DNA of 60,716 nucleotides, filler included. It is 4 parts of 4 records of this genome, joined end to end, with 100 filler letters (N's around TTAATTAATTAA, not from the genome) between each part and the next. Parts side by side here need not be neighbours in the genome. Positions count along the whole stretch, not along the records: positions 1 to 12,985 come from SRR2962707_4375; positions 13,086 to 22,050 come from SRR2962707_4377; 2 more parts are not named here. One strand, 5' to 3'. The notes beneath the pieces are model-generated. The model was not told the DNA's origin, ran no database searches, and saw nothing but the letters and a program-made list of their open reading frames with translations. Positions 8,861 to 19,085 of the stretch are shown here, piece by piece. Every line of letters begins with the position of its first letter. Positions within the stretch are counted from its first letter, which is position 1. The position numbers and the translations under genes were made by a program.

Positions 8861-11800
8861 TTAAACTTGCTCTAACTCCTGAGCTAATTGTTTAGTTTCA
8901 TCACCCCGAGGTGAGGTAAAACGCGCAAGACCTAAGTAAATAACGGGCGTTAAATACAAGGTAAATAATACCGCAAGTGATAAGCCACCAAACACCACCC
9001 AACCGATAGCGTTGCGTGCTTCTGCCCCTGCGCCAGTTGATAATATGAGCGGCAACGCGCCAAGTAAGGTAGATACTAAGGTCATAGTGATTGGTCTTAA
9101 ACGAACCAGTGCCGCTTGCTCAACCGCTTTACGTACCGTTAAACCTTGATCTCGTAATTGATCGGCAAATTCAACCAGTAAAATCGCATTTTTAGCAATT
9201 AATCCTATTAGCATCACTAAGCCTATTTGCGAGTAAATATTAAGAGAAGTCCCCGTAAGATACAGCGCTAGGATTGCCGAAGTGATACCAAATGGAACGG
9301 TGATCATCACCACTATCGCGCTGTTTACGTTTTCAAATTGTGCCGCCAACACTAAGAACACAATTAAAAATGCCAGTATGTAGGTAATAAACACTTCATT
9401 AGAGGTTTCTTCAAACGTTAAAGCTTCACCTTTGAATGCTAAGCTAATACCACTTGGCAAAGTTTGCTCTGCAATATCCCGGAGCTGCGAAACTAGCTCT
9501 GCAATACTCATATCTTCTGGCAATTCCATGTCCAATTCGATAGCGCGGCGCTGTGCATGGCGCTCAAGCTCTGCGGCAACACCTTCTTCGCTAATAGTTG
9601 CAACACTGCTCAATGGTACGAGTCTGCCATTTGATGCACTGACATAGAGGTTTGCTAAATCACTGGGATCATTAATGGTTTGATTTTGTGCTTGCAACAT
9701 AATAGGCACTGATTGATCACCAATATTGAGATCGGCAATATCATCGCCGTTAATTGCAGCACGCAATGTCACTGATATATCACTTAATAAAACACCTAAT
9801 TCATCAGCGCGGCGTCTATCTATATTAACGCGTAACTGCGGTTGAGATGGTTGATATGAAATTCTAACATTATCAATGGCCGGAATTTGCTGCTCAACTT
9901 GGGCTGCAAATTGCTGTGCGGCTTTATAAATTTGCAGGTAATCTTGCCCTAATAACGCCAGTTCAATGCCGCCACCTTGACCACGTAAATTTAAACTATT
10001 TGAACCATTTGGGTAGCCTGCTGCACCGGGCACATTGCCCAATGGAGTACGGATTTTATTGATGATCTCTTGCTGGGTAAAATGGCGTTCGTCCCAATGC
10101 TTTAATGGCACGGTGATAAACACGATATTAGGATCCCATTGCCCTACTACAGTATAAATGGATTCTATCTCACCGCTTTCTACGTACGGCAATAAAATGT
10201 CTTCCATTTGCATGGCTTGTCTGTCCATAAAGTTTAACCCAACGCCATCAGGTCCACGGGCAAAGATACGAATTTTTCCGCGATCTTCTGATGGGAGTAA
10301 CTCATTGTCTAAATTGACATACAAAGCACCAGAGCCCGCTGCAATCAATACGCACGCTGCAAACGTTAGCCATGCGTGATCAAGCACCCAATGAATGGTT
10401 TTAGTGTAAACATTAGCAAGCCAATGGCCTATTTTTGCAAACGGGTGTTTTCCCCCTTGCTTAAGTTTTAGTTTAGAGGTTAATGCAGGAACCAAGGACA
10501 GTGCGACAAAACTTGAGATGATCACCGCGCCCGCAAGCACTCCACCAAACTCTCTAAATAGCCGCCCTGCGGTTGAAGGTAAAAATGCGATGGGTACAAA
10601 TACGGCAGCCAACACGGCAGTTGTGGCAACGACCGCAAAAAATACTTCTCGGGTGCCCACCACGGCAGCAGCGCGTCGGCCAAGACCTAAACCACGTTGG
10701 CGTTGGATATTTTCGCTGACCACAATCGCATCATCTACAATTAAACCAGTTGCAAGCACTAATGCTAACAGCGTAAGTATATTGATTGAAAAACCCAGCG
10801 CCCAAATCAAGGCTAATGAACCAATCAAGGCAACAGGAATGGCAAATGCCGGCACTAGAGTTGCCCGCCATGAGCCAATAAATATCCACAACGTAATGAT
10901 CACTAATAATACAGTGAGTACTAATGAAGAGATCACCTCATCAACTGAGCTTCTAATAAACTGAGCATCATCCGATGTCAGGGTAAATTCAAGCTCAGGA
11001 AAACGTGTTTGCATTTTCGCTAATAAACTTAACACTTCATCGGATATCTCAATGGTATTTGATTGTGCTTGACGGATAACTTCCATGCCAATCACAGGTT
11101 GGCCATTTAAACGCACCATAGAGCGTGGATCTGCGGGGCCAAAATACACCGCTGCAATGTCGCCAATACGCGTACCATCGCGAATGATAATATCCGCTAC
11201 TTGCTCTGCTGTGACTGATGTAGCATCTGCGCGAACAATAATTTGTTGATCCGATGACTTTAAACTACCCGCGGGTACATCAAAGGGAGCTTGGCGCAGC
11301 ACACGTGCCACATCGGGGACCGTTAAATTAAAACTGGTTAATTTAAGAGGATCTAATCTTACCCGTAATACTCGTTTGCGGTCGCCATTTAAGCGTACAT
11401 CGGCAACCCCTGGAATAGTTAAAAACTGCGGGGCTAAATCAACCTCAACTAATTCAGTTAAGGCCTCAAGTGCTAATGACTCACTGGAAACGGTTAACGA
11501 CACAACAGCTTCAGCATCGTTATCCGCTTTGATTATAGACACTCGCTCAACTTCTTCAGGTAAATCACGTTGCACACGCGCAACTGACTCACGGGTTTCA
11601 TTTGCGGCATCATCAAGATCAACGCCCGCACGAAACTCAACCACAATTCGCGCACTACCTTCTTCACTTTGTGCACGAATCGTTTTAACACCACTGACTC
11701 GCGCAACAGCACCTTCAAGTTTACTGGTTACCTCGGTATCAACCGTCTCAGGTGAGCCACCTGGAAAAGAAGCCGATACAGTGATCCTTGGCGTATCAAC

Positions 11801-11935
11801 ATCGGGCAGTTCACGTACTTCAACCCCCGCTATGGCAGCAATACCTGCGATTATAATTAATAAGTTAAGGACGACTATCAATACTGGGCGGCGAATTGCC
11901 ATTGACGGCAGGTCATGAATCATAGGTGATTGCAT
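8861..11935 (-). CDS. RND efflux permease (AcrB/AcrD/AcrF family)
   Basis: 1024 aa; motifs GLIVDDAIVVSEN, GLIAKNAILLVEF, RLRPITMT. Confidence 0.95.
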   Translation of the reverse strand: MQSPMIHDLPSMAIRRPVLIVVLNLLIIIAGIAAIAGVEVRELPDVDTPRITVSASFPGGSPETVDTEVTSKLEGAVARVSGVKTIRAQSEEGSARIVVEFRAGVDLDDAANETRESVARVQRDLPEEVERVSIIKADNDAEAVVSLTVSSESLALEALTELVEVDLAPQFLTIPGVADVRLNGDRKRVLRVRLDPLKLTSFNLTVPDVARVLRQAPFDVPAGSLKSSDQQIIVRADATSVTAEQVADIIIRDGTRIGDIAAVYFGPADPRSMVRLNGQPVIGMEVIRQAQSNTIEISDEVLSLLAKMQTRFPELEFTLTSDDAQFIRSSVDEVISSLVLTVLLVIITLWIFIGSWRATLVPAFAIPVALIGSLALIWALGFSINILTLLALVLATGLIVDDAIVVSENIQRQRGLGLGRRAAAVVGTREVFFAVVATTAVLAAVFVPIAFLPSTAGRLFREFGGVLAGAVIISSFVALSLVPALTSKLKLKQGGKHPFAKIGHWLANVYTKTIHWVLDHAWLTFAACVLIAAGSGALYVNLDNELLPSEDRGKIRIFARGPDGVGLNFMDRQAMQMEDILLPYVESGEIESIYTVVGQWDPNIVFITVPLKHWDERHFTQQEIINKIRTPLGNVPGAAGYPNGSNSLNLRGQGGGIELALLGQDYLQIYKAAQQFAAQVEQQIPAIDNVRISYQPSQPQLRVNIDRRRADELGVLLSDISVTLRAAINGDDIADLNIGDQSVPIMLQAQNQTINDPSDLANLYVSASNGRLVPLSSVATISEEGVAAELERHAQRRAIELDMELPEDMSIAELVSQLRDIAEQTLPSGISLAFKGEALTFEETSNEVFITYILAFLIVFLVLAAQFENVNSAIVVMITVPFGITSAILALYLTGTSLNIYSQIGLVMLIGLIAKNAILLVEFADQLRDQGLTVRKAVEQAALVRLRPITMTLVSTLLGALPLILSTGAGAEARNAIGWVVFGGLSLAVLFTLYLTPVIYLGLARFTSPRGDETKQLAQELEQV

Positions 11936-11940
11936 CCTTG

Positions 11941-12957
11941 CTACTCCTGTACGTTTGCAAGTGGCTGCACAAACTCAAGTGCTTGCGCTGGACGAAGTCG
12001 TTGCACGCCTTCAACCACTAAAATATCGTCTTCAAGTAAAGGGCCAGAAACCAATAAACGACCCGCTAAACGTTGCTGAATTTTCACATCAACGCGCGTG
12101 GCTTTTTGCTCAACACTTTTCCAAACGTATGGGCCCGTAGCGCCCCACAGTAATGCCGCTTCCGGCACTGCCGCATAACGTTCACCTTGAATTTCTATAT
12201 GCACTCTAAAACTCATACCAGGTAAAAATTGTGCGTTTTTATTCTCTAATTTTGCTTTGACCCGCAACGTACGCGTTTGAGGATCGATTCGTGAATCAAG
12301 GTAAGCAACCTTAGCATTAACAGCAGTACTGCCTTGCCATGGAATAACCTGCACATTTGCGCTGTTTCTGAGCATACTAATTGCTGATTCTGGCGCGTTA
12401 AAATTGATATACAAAGCACGGGTATCATCAATACTGGCGATGGCCGTTTGTGTGGTGATACGGTCACCAACTTCCACATCAGTTAACCCCATAGTGCCAC
12501 TAAATGGCGCACGGACTTGGCGATCTTGTAATTCAGTTTCAGCTTTGGTGACTGCCACTTTTGCTAACTCGTACACGGTTTTAGCATCGTCTAAGTCACT
12601 TTGCGGAACCGCACCTTTTGCATGACTTTGCTGTAAACGAGTTTGGATACGCTCGCTATCAGCAAGCTTTATTTTCGCTTCGTTTAATGCCGCTGTTTGT
12701 CTACGCGAATCAAGTTCGAGTAACACAGCACCAGATGATACTTGATCGCCGGGCTTAAAATGTACCGCTGTCACCTTATCACCTACTGCAGGATATAGGA
12801 TTACGGAGCGGATAGCTTCAGCATTACCAACGGCTTGCACTTGCTCTTTGGCATGTTCCATCGCAACGTGTTCTACAAGTACATTGGCAGCCAATGCCGA
12901 AGGTACAACCGCAGCACAGCAAAAATAAACACAGGTTATAAGCACGCGAAATTTCAA
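11941..12957 (-). CDS. RND periplasmic adaptor (membrane fusion protein)
   Basis: Signal peptide; motifs VRAPFSG, IDPQTRT, VPEAAL, VVEG. Directly upstream of the RND permease. Confidence 0.93.
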   Translation of the reverse strand: MKFRVLITCVYFCCAAVVPSALAANVLVEHVAMEHAKEQVQAVGNAEAIRSVILYPAVGDKVTAVHFKPGDQVSSGAVLLELDSRRQTAALNEAKIKLADSERIQTRLQQSHAKGAVPQSDLDDAKTVYELAKVAVTKAETELQDRQVRAPFSGTMGLTDVEVGDRITTQTAIASIDDTRALYINFNAPESAISMLRNSANVQVIPWQGSTAVNAKVAYLDSRIDPQTRTLRVKAKLENKNAQFLPGMSFRVHIEIQGERYAAVPEAALLWGATGPYVWKSVEQKATRVDVKIQQRLAGRLLVSGPLLEDDILVVEGVQRLRPAQALEFVQPLANVQE

Positions 12958-12985
12958 AAGATCACCTAATTAATTATTATTTCCA

Positions 12986-13085
12986 NNNNNNNNNNNNNNN
13001 NNNNNNNNNNNNNNNNNNNNNNNNNNNNNTTAATTAATTAANNNNNNNNNNNNNNNNNNNNNNNNNNNNNNNNNNNNNNNNNNNN
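12986..13085. other. Artificial contig spacer (Ns with TTAATTAATTAA linker)
   Basis: 100-nt N block with a six-frame stop linker at 13030-13041. Base composition changes abruptly across it. Confidence 0.98.
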
Positions 13086-13592
13086 TTTGTCACCCACGAT
13101 CAGGAAGAGGCGCTGACCATGTCAGACAGGATCGCGGTGATGAGCGGCGGCCGCATCCGCCAGATCGGTGGCCCGCGCGAGATTTATGATCAACCCGCCG
13201 AACGCTTTGTCGCGGATTTCATAGGCGATACCAATTTCCTGCCCGCCGAGATGATTGCCCGCACGGGCGACAGCGCTCAACTACGGCTGGGGCAGGGGAC
13301 AGAGGTGACGGCCCGCGCCGGTCAGATCGACAAGACCAGCGGTTCTGTTACCCTTGCGATCCGCCCCGAACATGCCCGCCTTGTCACGCCGGACGCGGGA
13401 CAGTTGACGGGCACGCTGGAAGATATCGTTTATTTCGGCACCGACACGCATTTTCACATTCTGCTGGACGGCATCGGCACGCGTTTTGTTCTGCGCCGTC
13501 AGAATGCGCCGGATGAAACGCGCGCGGTGCAGCAGGGCGACAAGGTGGGGGTCGCGCTGGCGGCCTCGGCCGGTCAGGTGCTGAAGGATTGA
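13086..13592 (+). CDS. Polyamine ABC transporter ATPase (PotA-like), 5'-truncated
   Basis: [19 protein letters not shown] (H-loop), FVADFIG, and a C-terminal TOBE-like region. Confidence 0.9.
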   Translation, partial: FVTHDQEEALTMSDRIAVMSGGRIRQIGGPREIYDQPAERFVADFIGDTNFLPAEMIARTGDSAQLRLGQGTEVTARAGQIDKTSGSVTLAIRPEHARLVTPDAGQLTGTLEDIVYFGTDTHFHILLDGIGTRFVLRRQNAPDETRAVQQGDKVGVALAASAGQVLKD

Positions 13593-13596
13593 TGCC

Positions 13597-14481
13597 ATGA
13601 GCCCCGCCCGCACCCGTGCCGCCCTTCTTGCCCCCGCGATCATGATACTGCTGTTTGCCGCTGCCGGACCGCTTGTTATCGTGCTGGTTTACTCCCTTTT
13701 GACGCCCGGCGACTATGGTGGCGTAATCTGGAAATTTTCGCCCGACGCCTGGTTCGGGGTTCTGACCGAACGCGACTTTTTCACCGAGCAGCTAAGCTTC
13801 GCCGACGCACATCTGATGGTGTTCTGGCGGTCGATCAAGCTGTCGTTGATGACGGCGTTTTTGTCGCTGATCATCGGCTTTCCCACGGCCTATTTCATCG
13901 CGACACGTTCACGCCGCAGCCGGGATATCTGGATGCTGCTGATCATGATACCGTTCTGGACTAACCTGTTGATCCGCACCTTTGCGATCATGGAACTGAT
14001 CCGCAACGAAGGCACGATCAACACTGTTCTAATCGCCATGGGTCTGGTCACGCAGCCGGTGCAGATGCTGTATACCGAATTTTCGCTGCTGGTGGGCATG
14101 ACATACGTCTATCTGCCGCTGATGATCCTGCCGATCTATGCGTCAATGGAGCGGCTGGATTTCAGCTTGGTCGAAGCGGGCTATGATCTTTACGCCACCC
14201 GCTGGCAGGTTCTGCGGCGGGTGATCTTTCCGATGGTGAAACCGGGCGTGGTGGCGGGATCGATTCTGGTCTTTGTACCCTGCCTTGGCGCCTATGTGAC
14301 GCCTCGTGTTCTGGGCGGGGGCAAACAGCTGATGCTGGGCAACCTGATCGAACTTCAGTTTGGACAATTGCGCAACTGGCCGCTGGGGGCGGCGTTGTCG
14401 CTGACGCTGCTGGTGATCGTGATGGTGGCGCTGATCTTTTATGTCCGCGCTGCAGGGAATGAGGGCAACGCCCATGGCTAA
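13597..14481 (+). CDS. Polyamine ABC permease (PotB-like)
   Basis: IPFWTNLLIRTFA, YLPLMILPIY, EAA-like loop LVEAGYDLYA, NWPLGAALS. Confidence 0.9.
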   Translation: MSPARTRAALLAPAIMILLFAAAGPLVIVLVYSLLTPGDYGGVIWKFSPDAWFGVLTERDFFTEQLSFADAHLMVFWRSIKLSLMTAFLSLIIGFPTAYFIATRSRRSRDIWMLLIMIPFWTNLLIRTFAIMELIRNEGTINTVLIAMGLVTQPVQMLYTEFSLLVGMTYVYLPLMILPIYASMERLDFSLVEAGYDLYATRWQVLRRVIFPMVKPGVVAGSILVFVPCLGAYVTPRVLGGGKQLMLGNLIELQFGQLRNWPLGAALSLTLLVIVMVALIFYVRAAGNEGNAHG

Positions 14482-15274
14482 ATCCTTTGACGTCAGACGC
14501 CAGCCGGGTTTCAGCGCTATAGCGATCCTGTGTTTCGTGATGCTGTACCTGCCGATCATCCTGCTGGTGGCCTATTCGTTCAATGCCGGGGAAACGATTT
14601 CGAATTGGGAGGGGCTATCGCTGCGTTGGTACGCATCCGCCTGGCAGAATGATCAGATCCAGGCGGCCACGATCCGGTCGGTCACCATTGCCACTGTGGC
14701 GGCGATACTGGCCACGTCTTGTGCCGTTCTGGCCGCACTTGCCACCACGCGGACAAGGTCCTGGCGCGGGCAAACCATCGCCTTTGCGTTGATCAACCAG
14801 CCGCTGATGGTGCCGGAAATCGTGACCGCCGTGTCGTTGTTGATCTTCTTTTCGATGCTCAAGGTGGCCACGGGGTACACTGGGCTGTGGTATCTGATCG
14901 TTGCGCATTCGGCGTTTTGTATTCCCTTTGCTTATATGCCGATCCGGGCGCGTCTGCAGGGGATGGATCTCAGCCTCGAACAGGCGGGGGCGGATCTCTA
15001 TGGCACGCCGGTCAAGGTGTTCCGTTATATCACGCTGCCGCAGCTTTGGCCGGGGATCCTTGCTGGCGGGATGCTGTCGTTCGTGATCTCGCTCGACGAT
15101 GTGGTGATCACCGAGTTTGTCAAATCCGCCGGACAGGACACGTTGCCCACCTATATGCTGGGGCAACTGCGCCGTAACATCACACCTGAAATCAACGCCA
15201 TTTCGACCGCGCTGCTGGCCCTGTCCATTCTGCTTGTCAGTGCGATGTTCTTTTTCAGCCGGACGCGTAAATGA
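14474..15274 (+). CDS. Polyamine ABC permease (PotC-like)
   Basis: LYLPIILLVAYSFN, PEIVTAVSLL, LEQAGADL, SLDDVVIT, PEINAIST. Overlaps the upstream permease. Confidence 0.9.
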   Translation: MAKSFDVRRQPGFSAIAILCFVMLYLPIILLVAYSFNAGETISNWEGLSLRWYASAWQNDQIQAATIRSVTIATVAAILATSCAVLAALATTRTRSWRGQTIAFALINQPLMVPEIVTAVSLLIFFSMLKVATGYTGLWYLIVAHSAFCIPFAYMPIRARLQGMDLSLEQAGADLYGTPVKVFRYITLPQLWPGILAGGMLSFVISLDDVVITEFVKSAGQDTLPTYMLGQLRRNITPEINAISTALLALSILLVSAMFFFSRTRK

Positions 15275-15320
15275 TCCGGCATCATCCGCCCCACGGGGCA
15301 CACCAAATGGGAGATATCAC

Positions 15321-16346
15321 ATGAAACGCACGGCTATACTGACCAGCCTTGCCGCCCTTATCGCAGGGTCCGCGCAGGCCGAAGGACAATTGAATATCTA
15401 CAACTGGGGCAACTACACCAGCCCCGAGATGATCGAGAAGTTCGAAAAGGAATTCGACGTCGAGGTGACAATCACCGACTACGATTCCAACGACACGGCG
15501 CTGGCCAAGCTCAAGGCCGGGGGCAGCGGGTTCGACATCGTGGTGCCGACTGGTTCCTACGTGCCGATCTTCATCTCCGAAGGCGTGCTGATGAAGTCCA
15601 ACCCCAATGAGCTTGAAAATTTCAAGAATGTCGATCCGCGCTGGGTTGACGTCGAGTTCGATAAGGGCCGGGAATACACCGTACCGTGGCAGTGGGGCAC
15701 CGTTGGCGTCAGCGTCAACACCGGTGTCTATGACGGTGACATCGATACCGCAGCCGTCGTGTTCGACCCGCCCGAAGAGTTGAAGGGCAAGATCAACGTC
15801 ATCCCCGAAATGATCGACGTGATGCAACTGGCCATCCACTACATGGGTGGTGAGCAGTGCACCGGCGACAAGGATGTTCTGGTCAAGGTGCGCGACAAAC
15901 TGGTCGAGGCCAAGCCATTCTGGCTGTCCATGGCCTATGGCAATATTGAACGTCTCGCGAACGAAGATATCGCAGCATCGGTCAACTGGAATGGCGCGTC
16001 GATGCGCGCGCGGCTTCAGAATGAAGATGTGAAATTCGGCTATCCACAGACCGGCTATTCGATCTGGATGGACAATGCCGGTATCACCGCCGACGCGCAG
16101 AACGTCGACAATGCTAAGCTTTTCCTGAACTTCATGATGGACCCGCAAAACGCCGCGATGCTGTCGAACTTTGCCCGTTATGCCAACGGTATCATCGGGT
16201 CCGAGGCGTTCATGGACGACGAAATGGCCGTAGCGCCCGAGATTAATATCCCCGAAAATCTGCAATCGGCGGGCTACATCTCAAAAAGCTGCCCGCCCGA
16301 CGTGCAAAAGATCTATTCCCAGATCTGGACAGAACTGACCAAGTAA
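15321..16346 (+). CDS. Polyamine ABC substrate-binding protein (PotD/PotF-like)
   Basis: Signal peptide; LNIYNWGNY, YDSND, VPWQWGT, WNG, IWMDN. GGAGA RBS. Confidence 0.92.
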   Translation: MKRTAILTSLAALIAGSAQAEGQLNIYNWGNYTSPEMIEKFEKEFDVEVTITDYDSNDTALAKLKAGGSGFDIVVPTGSYVPIFISEGVLMKSNPNELENFKNVDPRWVDVEFDKGREYTVPWQWGTVGVSVNTGVYDGDIDTAAVVFDPPEELKGKINVIPEMIDVMQLAIHYMGGEQCTGDKDVLVKVRDKLVEAKPFWLSMAYGNIERLANEDIAASVNWNGASMRARLQNEDVKFGYPQTGYSIWMDNAGITADAQNVDNAKLFLNFMMDPQNAAMLSNFARYANGIIGSEAFMDDEMAVAPEINIPENLQSAGYISKSCPPDVQKIYSQIWTELTK

Positions 16347-16353
16347 ATTTGAC

Positions 16354-16378
16354 GGGCGGTTCCCATCCGGGGCCGCCC
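16354..16378 (+). terminator. GC-rich hairpin after the substrate-binding protein gene
   Basis: GGGCGGT...GGCCGCCC stem followed by TCTTTCT. Confidence 0.55.
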
Positions 16379-16403
16379 TCTTTCTATACACCGAAAGGTT
16401 GCC

Positions 16404-18071
16404 ATGTCCGCCACGCCCGATCTTGTCATCCTCAACGGTTCTCTGATCACCTTTGCCCCGGAACAACCCCGCGCCACGGCGCTGGCGGTACGGGACGGCA
16501 TTATCGTTGCGGTGGGCGAAACCGCGACGATACGCGATTTGGCTGGCCCCGGGACCCGCATTATCGACGCGCAGCGCGCGACCGTACTGCCGGGGTTCAT
16601 CGACAGCCATGTGCATCTATTTGGCGGCTCGGTCGAACTCGACGCCCTCGATCTGGGCGGTCTGGTGGGGTTTGACGCGGTGACGGCTGCCGTACGTACC
16701 CGCGCCGCCGTCGATCCTGCTGCCTCTCTGATTTTTGCCGTTCAGGCCGATTACAGCATGTTCGGCGCGGGTCACCGCACGACGCGCCACGATTTGGACC
16801 GTGTTCTACCCGACCGCCCCTTTGCCATGTTCGCGTCAGACCATCACACCGTTTGGGCCAACAGCCGCGCGTTGGAATTGGCGGGCCTTTTGCAGGGCGG
16901 TGCAACCGAGGTCGGTTCCGAAATTGTCATGGGCCATGACGGTCTGGCCGAAGGCGAGCTGCGCGAACCCGGTGCCTATGCCGCGATCCTTGCCCTGACG
17001 CCCCATGGCGGGCGCGAACTCGCCGGGCTGGTCACGGGCAAAGATCCCGTTCCCGCAGCCACCGCCGCCGAACGCACCCGTGATCTGGATGCAATCCGGC
17101 GTGGGCTGAAACATTGCGCCAGCCACGGCATCACCGGGCTGCACAATATGGACGGCAATTTCTATACCATGGAACTGCTGGCACAGCTTGAATCCGACGG
17201 TGATCTGATCTGCCGGACCGAGGTGCCGTTCCATTTCAAGTCCGTCGATACGCTGGACCGCTTTGCCGAGGCGGAGGAGATGCGCCGCCGCTGGGCCAGC
17301 GACCGGCTGTGGTGCAACCGGGTCAAGATGTTCATGGACGGCGTGGTCGAAAGCCACACCGCCCTGATGTTACGCCCCTATCCCGGATCGGATCACACAG
17401 GCGATGCGGTGTTTGATCCGGATCAGTTCAACGCCGCCTGTGTCGAGGCGGACCGGCGCGGTTTCCAGATTGCCACCCATGCCATTGGCGATCTGGCTGT
17501 GCGCCGCACGCTGGATGGGTATCAGGCCGCGCGGGATGCAAACGGTGCACGCGACGCGCGCCACCGGATCGAACATATTGAAACGCTGCACGCGGATGAC
17601 CTGCCACGGTTTGCCGAAATGGGGGTCGTCGCATCCTATCAACCTGGCCACGCGCCCTTTGGCCATATCTATACCGCCGGTGCGATTGACCCGCACCTGC
17701 ACCCCGATCAAAAGCCGCTGGCCTATGGCTGGCAGACGCTGCGCGATGCGGGGAACCGCGTCATCTTTTCCACGGACTGGCCAGTGATCAAGGTCGATGT
17801 GATGTCTAGCCTGCGCGCTGCCACCGCCCCCGTGCGGCTGTCGCCCCCCTGGGTCGATCAGCGGCAAAGCCTGTTGGATGCGCTCAGTTCCTACACGGCG
17901 GATAACGCCTGGGTCGAATTCAATGAAACCCGCAAGGGGCGACTGTCACCCGGCATGATGGCCGATATCGTCGTCATGCGTGACGATCTGCACGCCATCG
18001 ACCCCGACCGGTTCGAAGACACTGGCGCTGCCATGACCATCTCGGGCGGGGCGGTCGTGTTCGAGGGCTGA
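16404..18071 (+). CDS. Amidohydrolase (YtcJ-like, amidohydro_3)
   Basis: PGFIDSHVH, KMFMDG, THAIGD, HRIEH, FSTDWP, G.L.PGMMADIVV. Confidence 0.9.
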   Translation: MSATPDLVILNGSLITFAPEQPRATALAVRDGIIVAVGETATIRDLAGPGTRIIDAQRATVLPGFIDSHVHLFGGSVELDALDLGGLVGFDAVTAAVRTRAAVDPAASLIFAVQADYSMFGAGHRTTRHDLDRVLPDRPFAMFASDHHTVWANSRALELAGLLQGGATEVGSEIVMGHDGLAEGELREPGAYAAILALTPHGGRELAGLVTGKDPVPAATAAERTRDLDAIRRGLKHCASHGITGLHNMDGNFYTMELLAQLESDGDLICRTEVPFHFKSVDTLDRFAEAEEMRRRWASDRLWCNRVKMFMDGVVESHTALMLRPYPGSDHTGDAVFDPDQFNAACVEADRRGFQIATHAIGDLAVRRTLDGYQAARDANGARDARHRIEHIETLHADDLPRFAEMGVVASYQPGHAPFGHIYTAGAIDPHLHPDQKPLAYGWQTLRDAGNRVIFSTDWPVIKVDVMSSLRAATAPVRLSPPWVDQRQSLLDALSSYTADNAWVEFNETRKGRLSPGMMADIVVMRDDLHAIDPDRFEDTGAAMTISGGAVVFEG

Positions 18072-18287
18072 ACCCGGCGCTGCCATCGCAGGGAACGCTT
18101 TGGCGTTTTGTTCGTTTACGTCCAGTGGATGGTGGCGCCCAGGATATTCCGTGACGCCGAACCGTCGTACATGATATGCAGCAATCCGAACCGGGCCGAT
18201 TGGCCTGGCAGCTTTGCGATTTCTGCAAGCCACTGATATCGCAGGCCGTGCCCCGGGGACGGGCTGCGAGGTATAAAGGAGACAACG

Positions 18288-18761
18288 ATGCCCGAACATT
18301 TTGTGAGCGAACTGAACCAGGACACGCGGACCGAGATGATCGACCTGCTGAACGCCAACCTGTCTAACGCGATTGCCCTGACGCTGGCCGTCAAGCAGGC
18401 GCACTGGAACGTCAAGGGTCGCGGGTTCATCGGTGTGCATGAGCTGCTTGACGATGTGGCGGGTCGCCTGCGGGAAGGGGCCGACCTCATGGCGGAGCGT
18501 GCTGTGATCCTTGGTGGGTTCGCCGAAGGCACAGCCGAGGTTGTGGGCGGTAAGGCCACCATGGACGCCTATCCGATCGAGGAATCCGACATCACCGCGC
18601 ATATTGAGGCGCTCAAAGAGCGGTTCATGTTTGTTGGCGGTGAAGTGCGCAAGGCAATGGATGCCGCAGGTCAAGCTGGTGACGAAGACACCGCAGACAT
18701 CTTTACCGAGGTCAGCCGCGCGCTGGACAAGGATGCCTGGTTCATCGGCGCAAACGCCTGA
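18288..18761 (+). CDS. dps: DNA starvation/stationary phase protection protein Dps
   Basis: KQAHWNVKG..FIGVHELLD, DLMAERAVILGG, DEDTADIFT..SRALDK..WF. AAGGAG RBS. Confidence 0.94.
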   Translation: MPEHFVSELNQDTRTEMIDLLNANLSNAIALTLAVKQAHWNVKGRGFIGVHELLDDVAGRLREGADLMAERAVILGGFAEGTAEVVGGKATMDAYPIEESDITAHIEALKERFMFVGGEVRKAMDAAGQAGDEDTADIFTEVSRALDKDAWFIGANA

Positions 18762-18778
18762 ATCCCCCAGAAGGGTAC

Positions 18779-18918
18779 GGCGCGCCGGAAATGGCGCGCC
18801 CGTTCATCCCGCGCCGCCCCCGGGCTGGCGCGGGATTTCTGTATCGACCCTTTTGCCCGCCTTCTTTGAAAGCACATCCAGTCGGTCGCCCGCGCCGCGC
18901 TATACCTGCGGGGCGGGC
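18779..18918. terminator. Three consecutive GC-rich hairpins after dps
   Basis: GGCGCGCC-6-GGCGCGCC (18779-18800), ATCCCGCGCC...GGCGCGGGAT followed by TTCT (18806-18836), GCCCGCGCCGC...GCGGGGCGGGC (18888-18918). Confidence 0.55.
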
Positions 18919-19085
18919 ATCCTCAACGTGTCGGACATCACGCTCGACCGGGCTGCACCTGTTGCAAGAGTTTGCCCGGATTACGGGCCGCAATGGGGCC
19001 ACGACGCCAGCGTTTTTATTGTTCTTACTTGCTGAACAATTTATCCGCGAACGGCTTCTACTGGGCCAATACCCCTCATCCGCTC

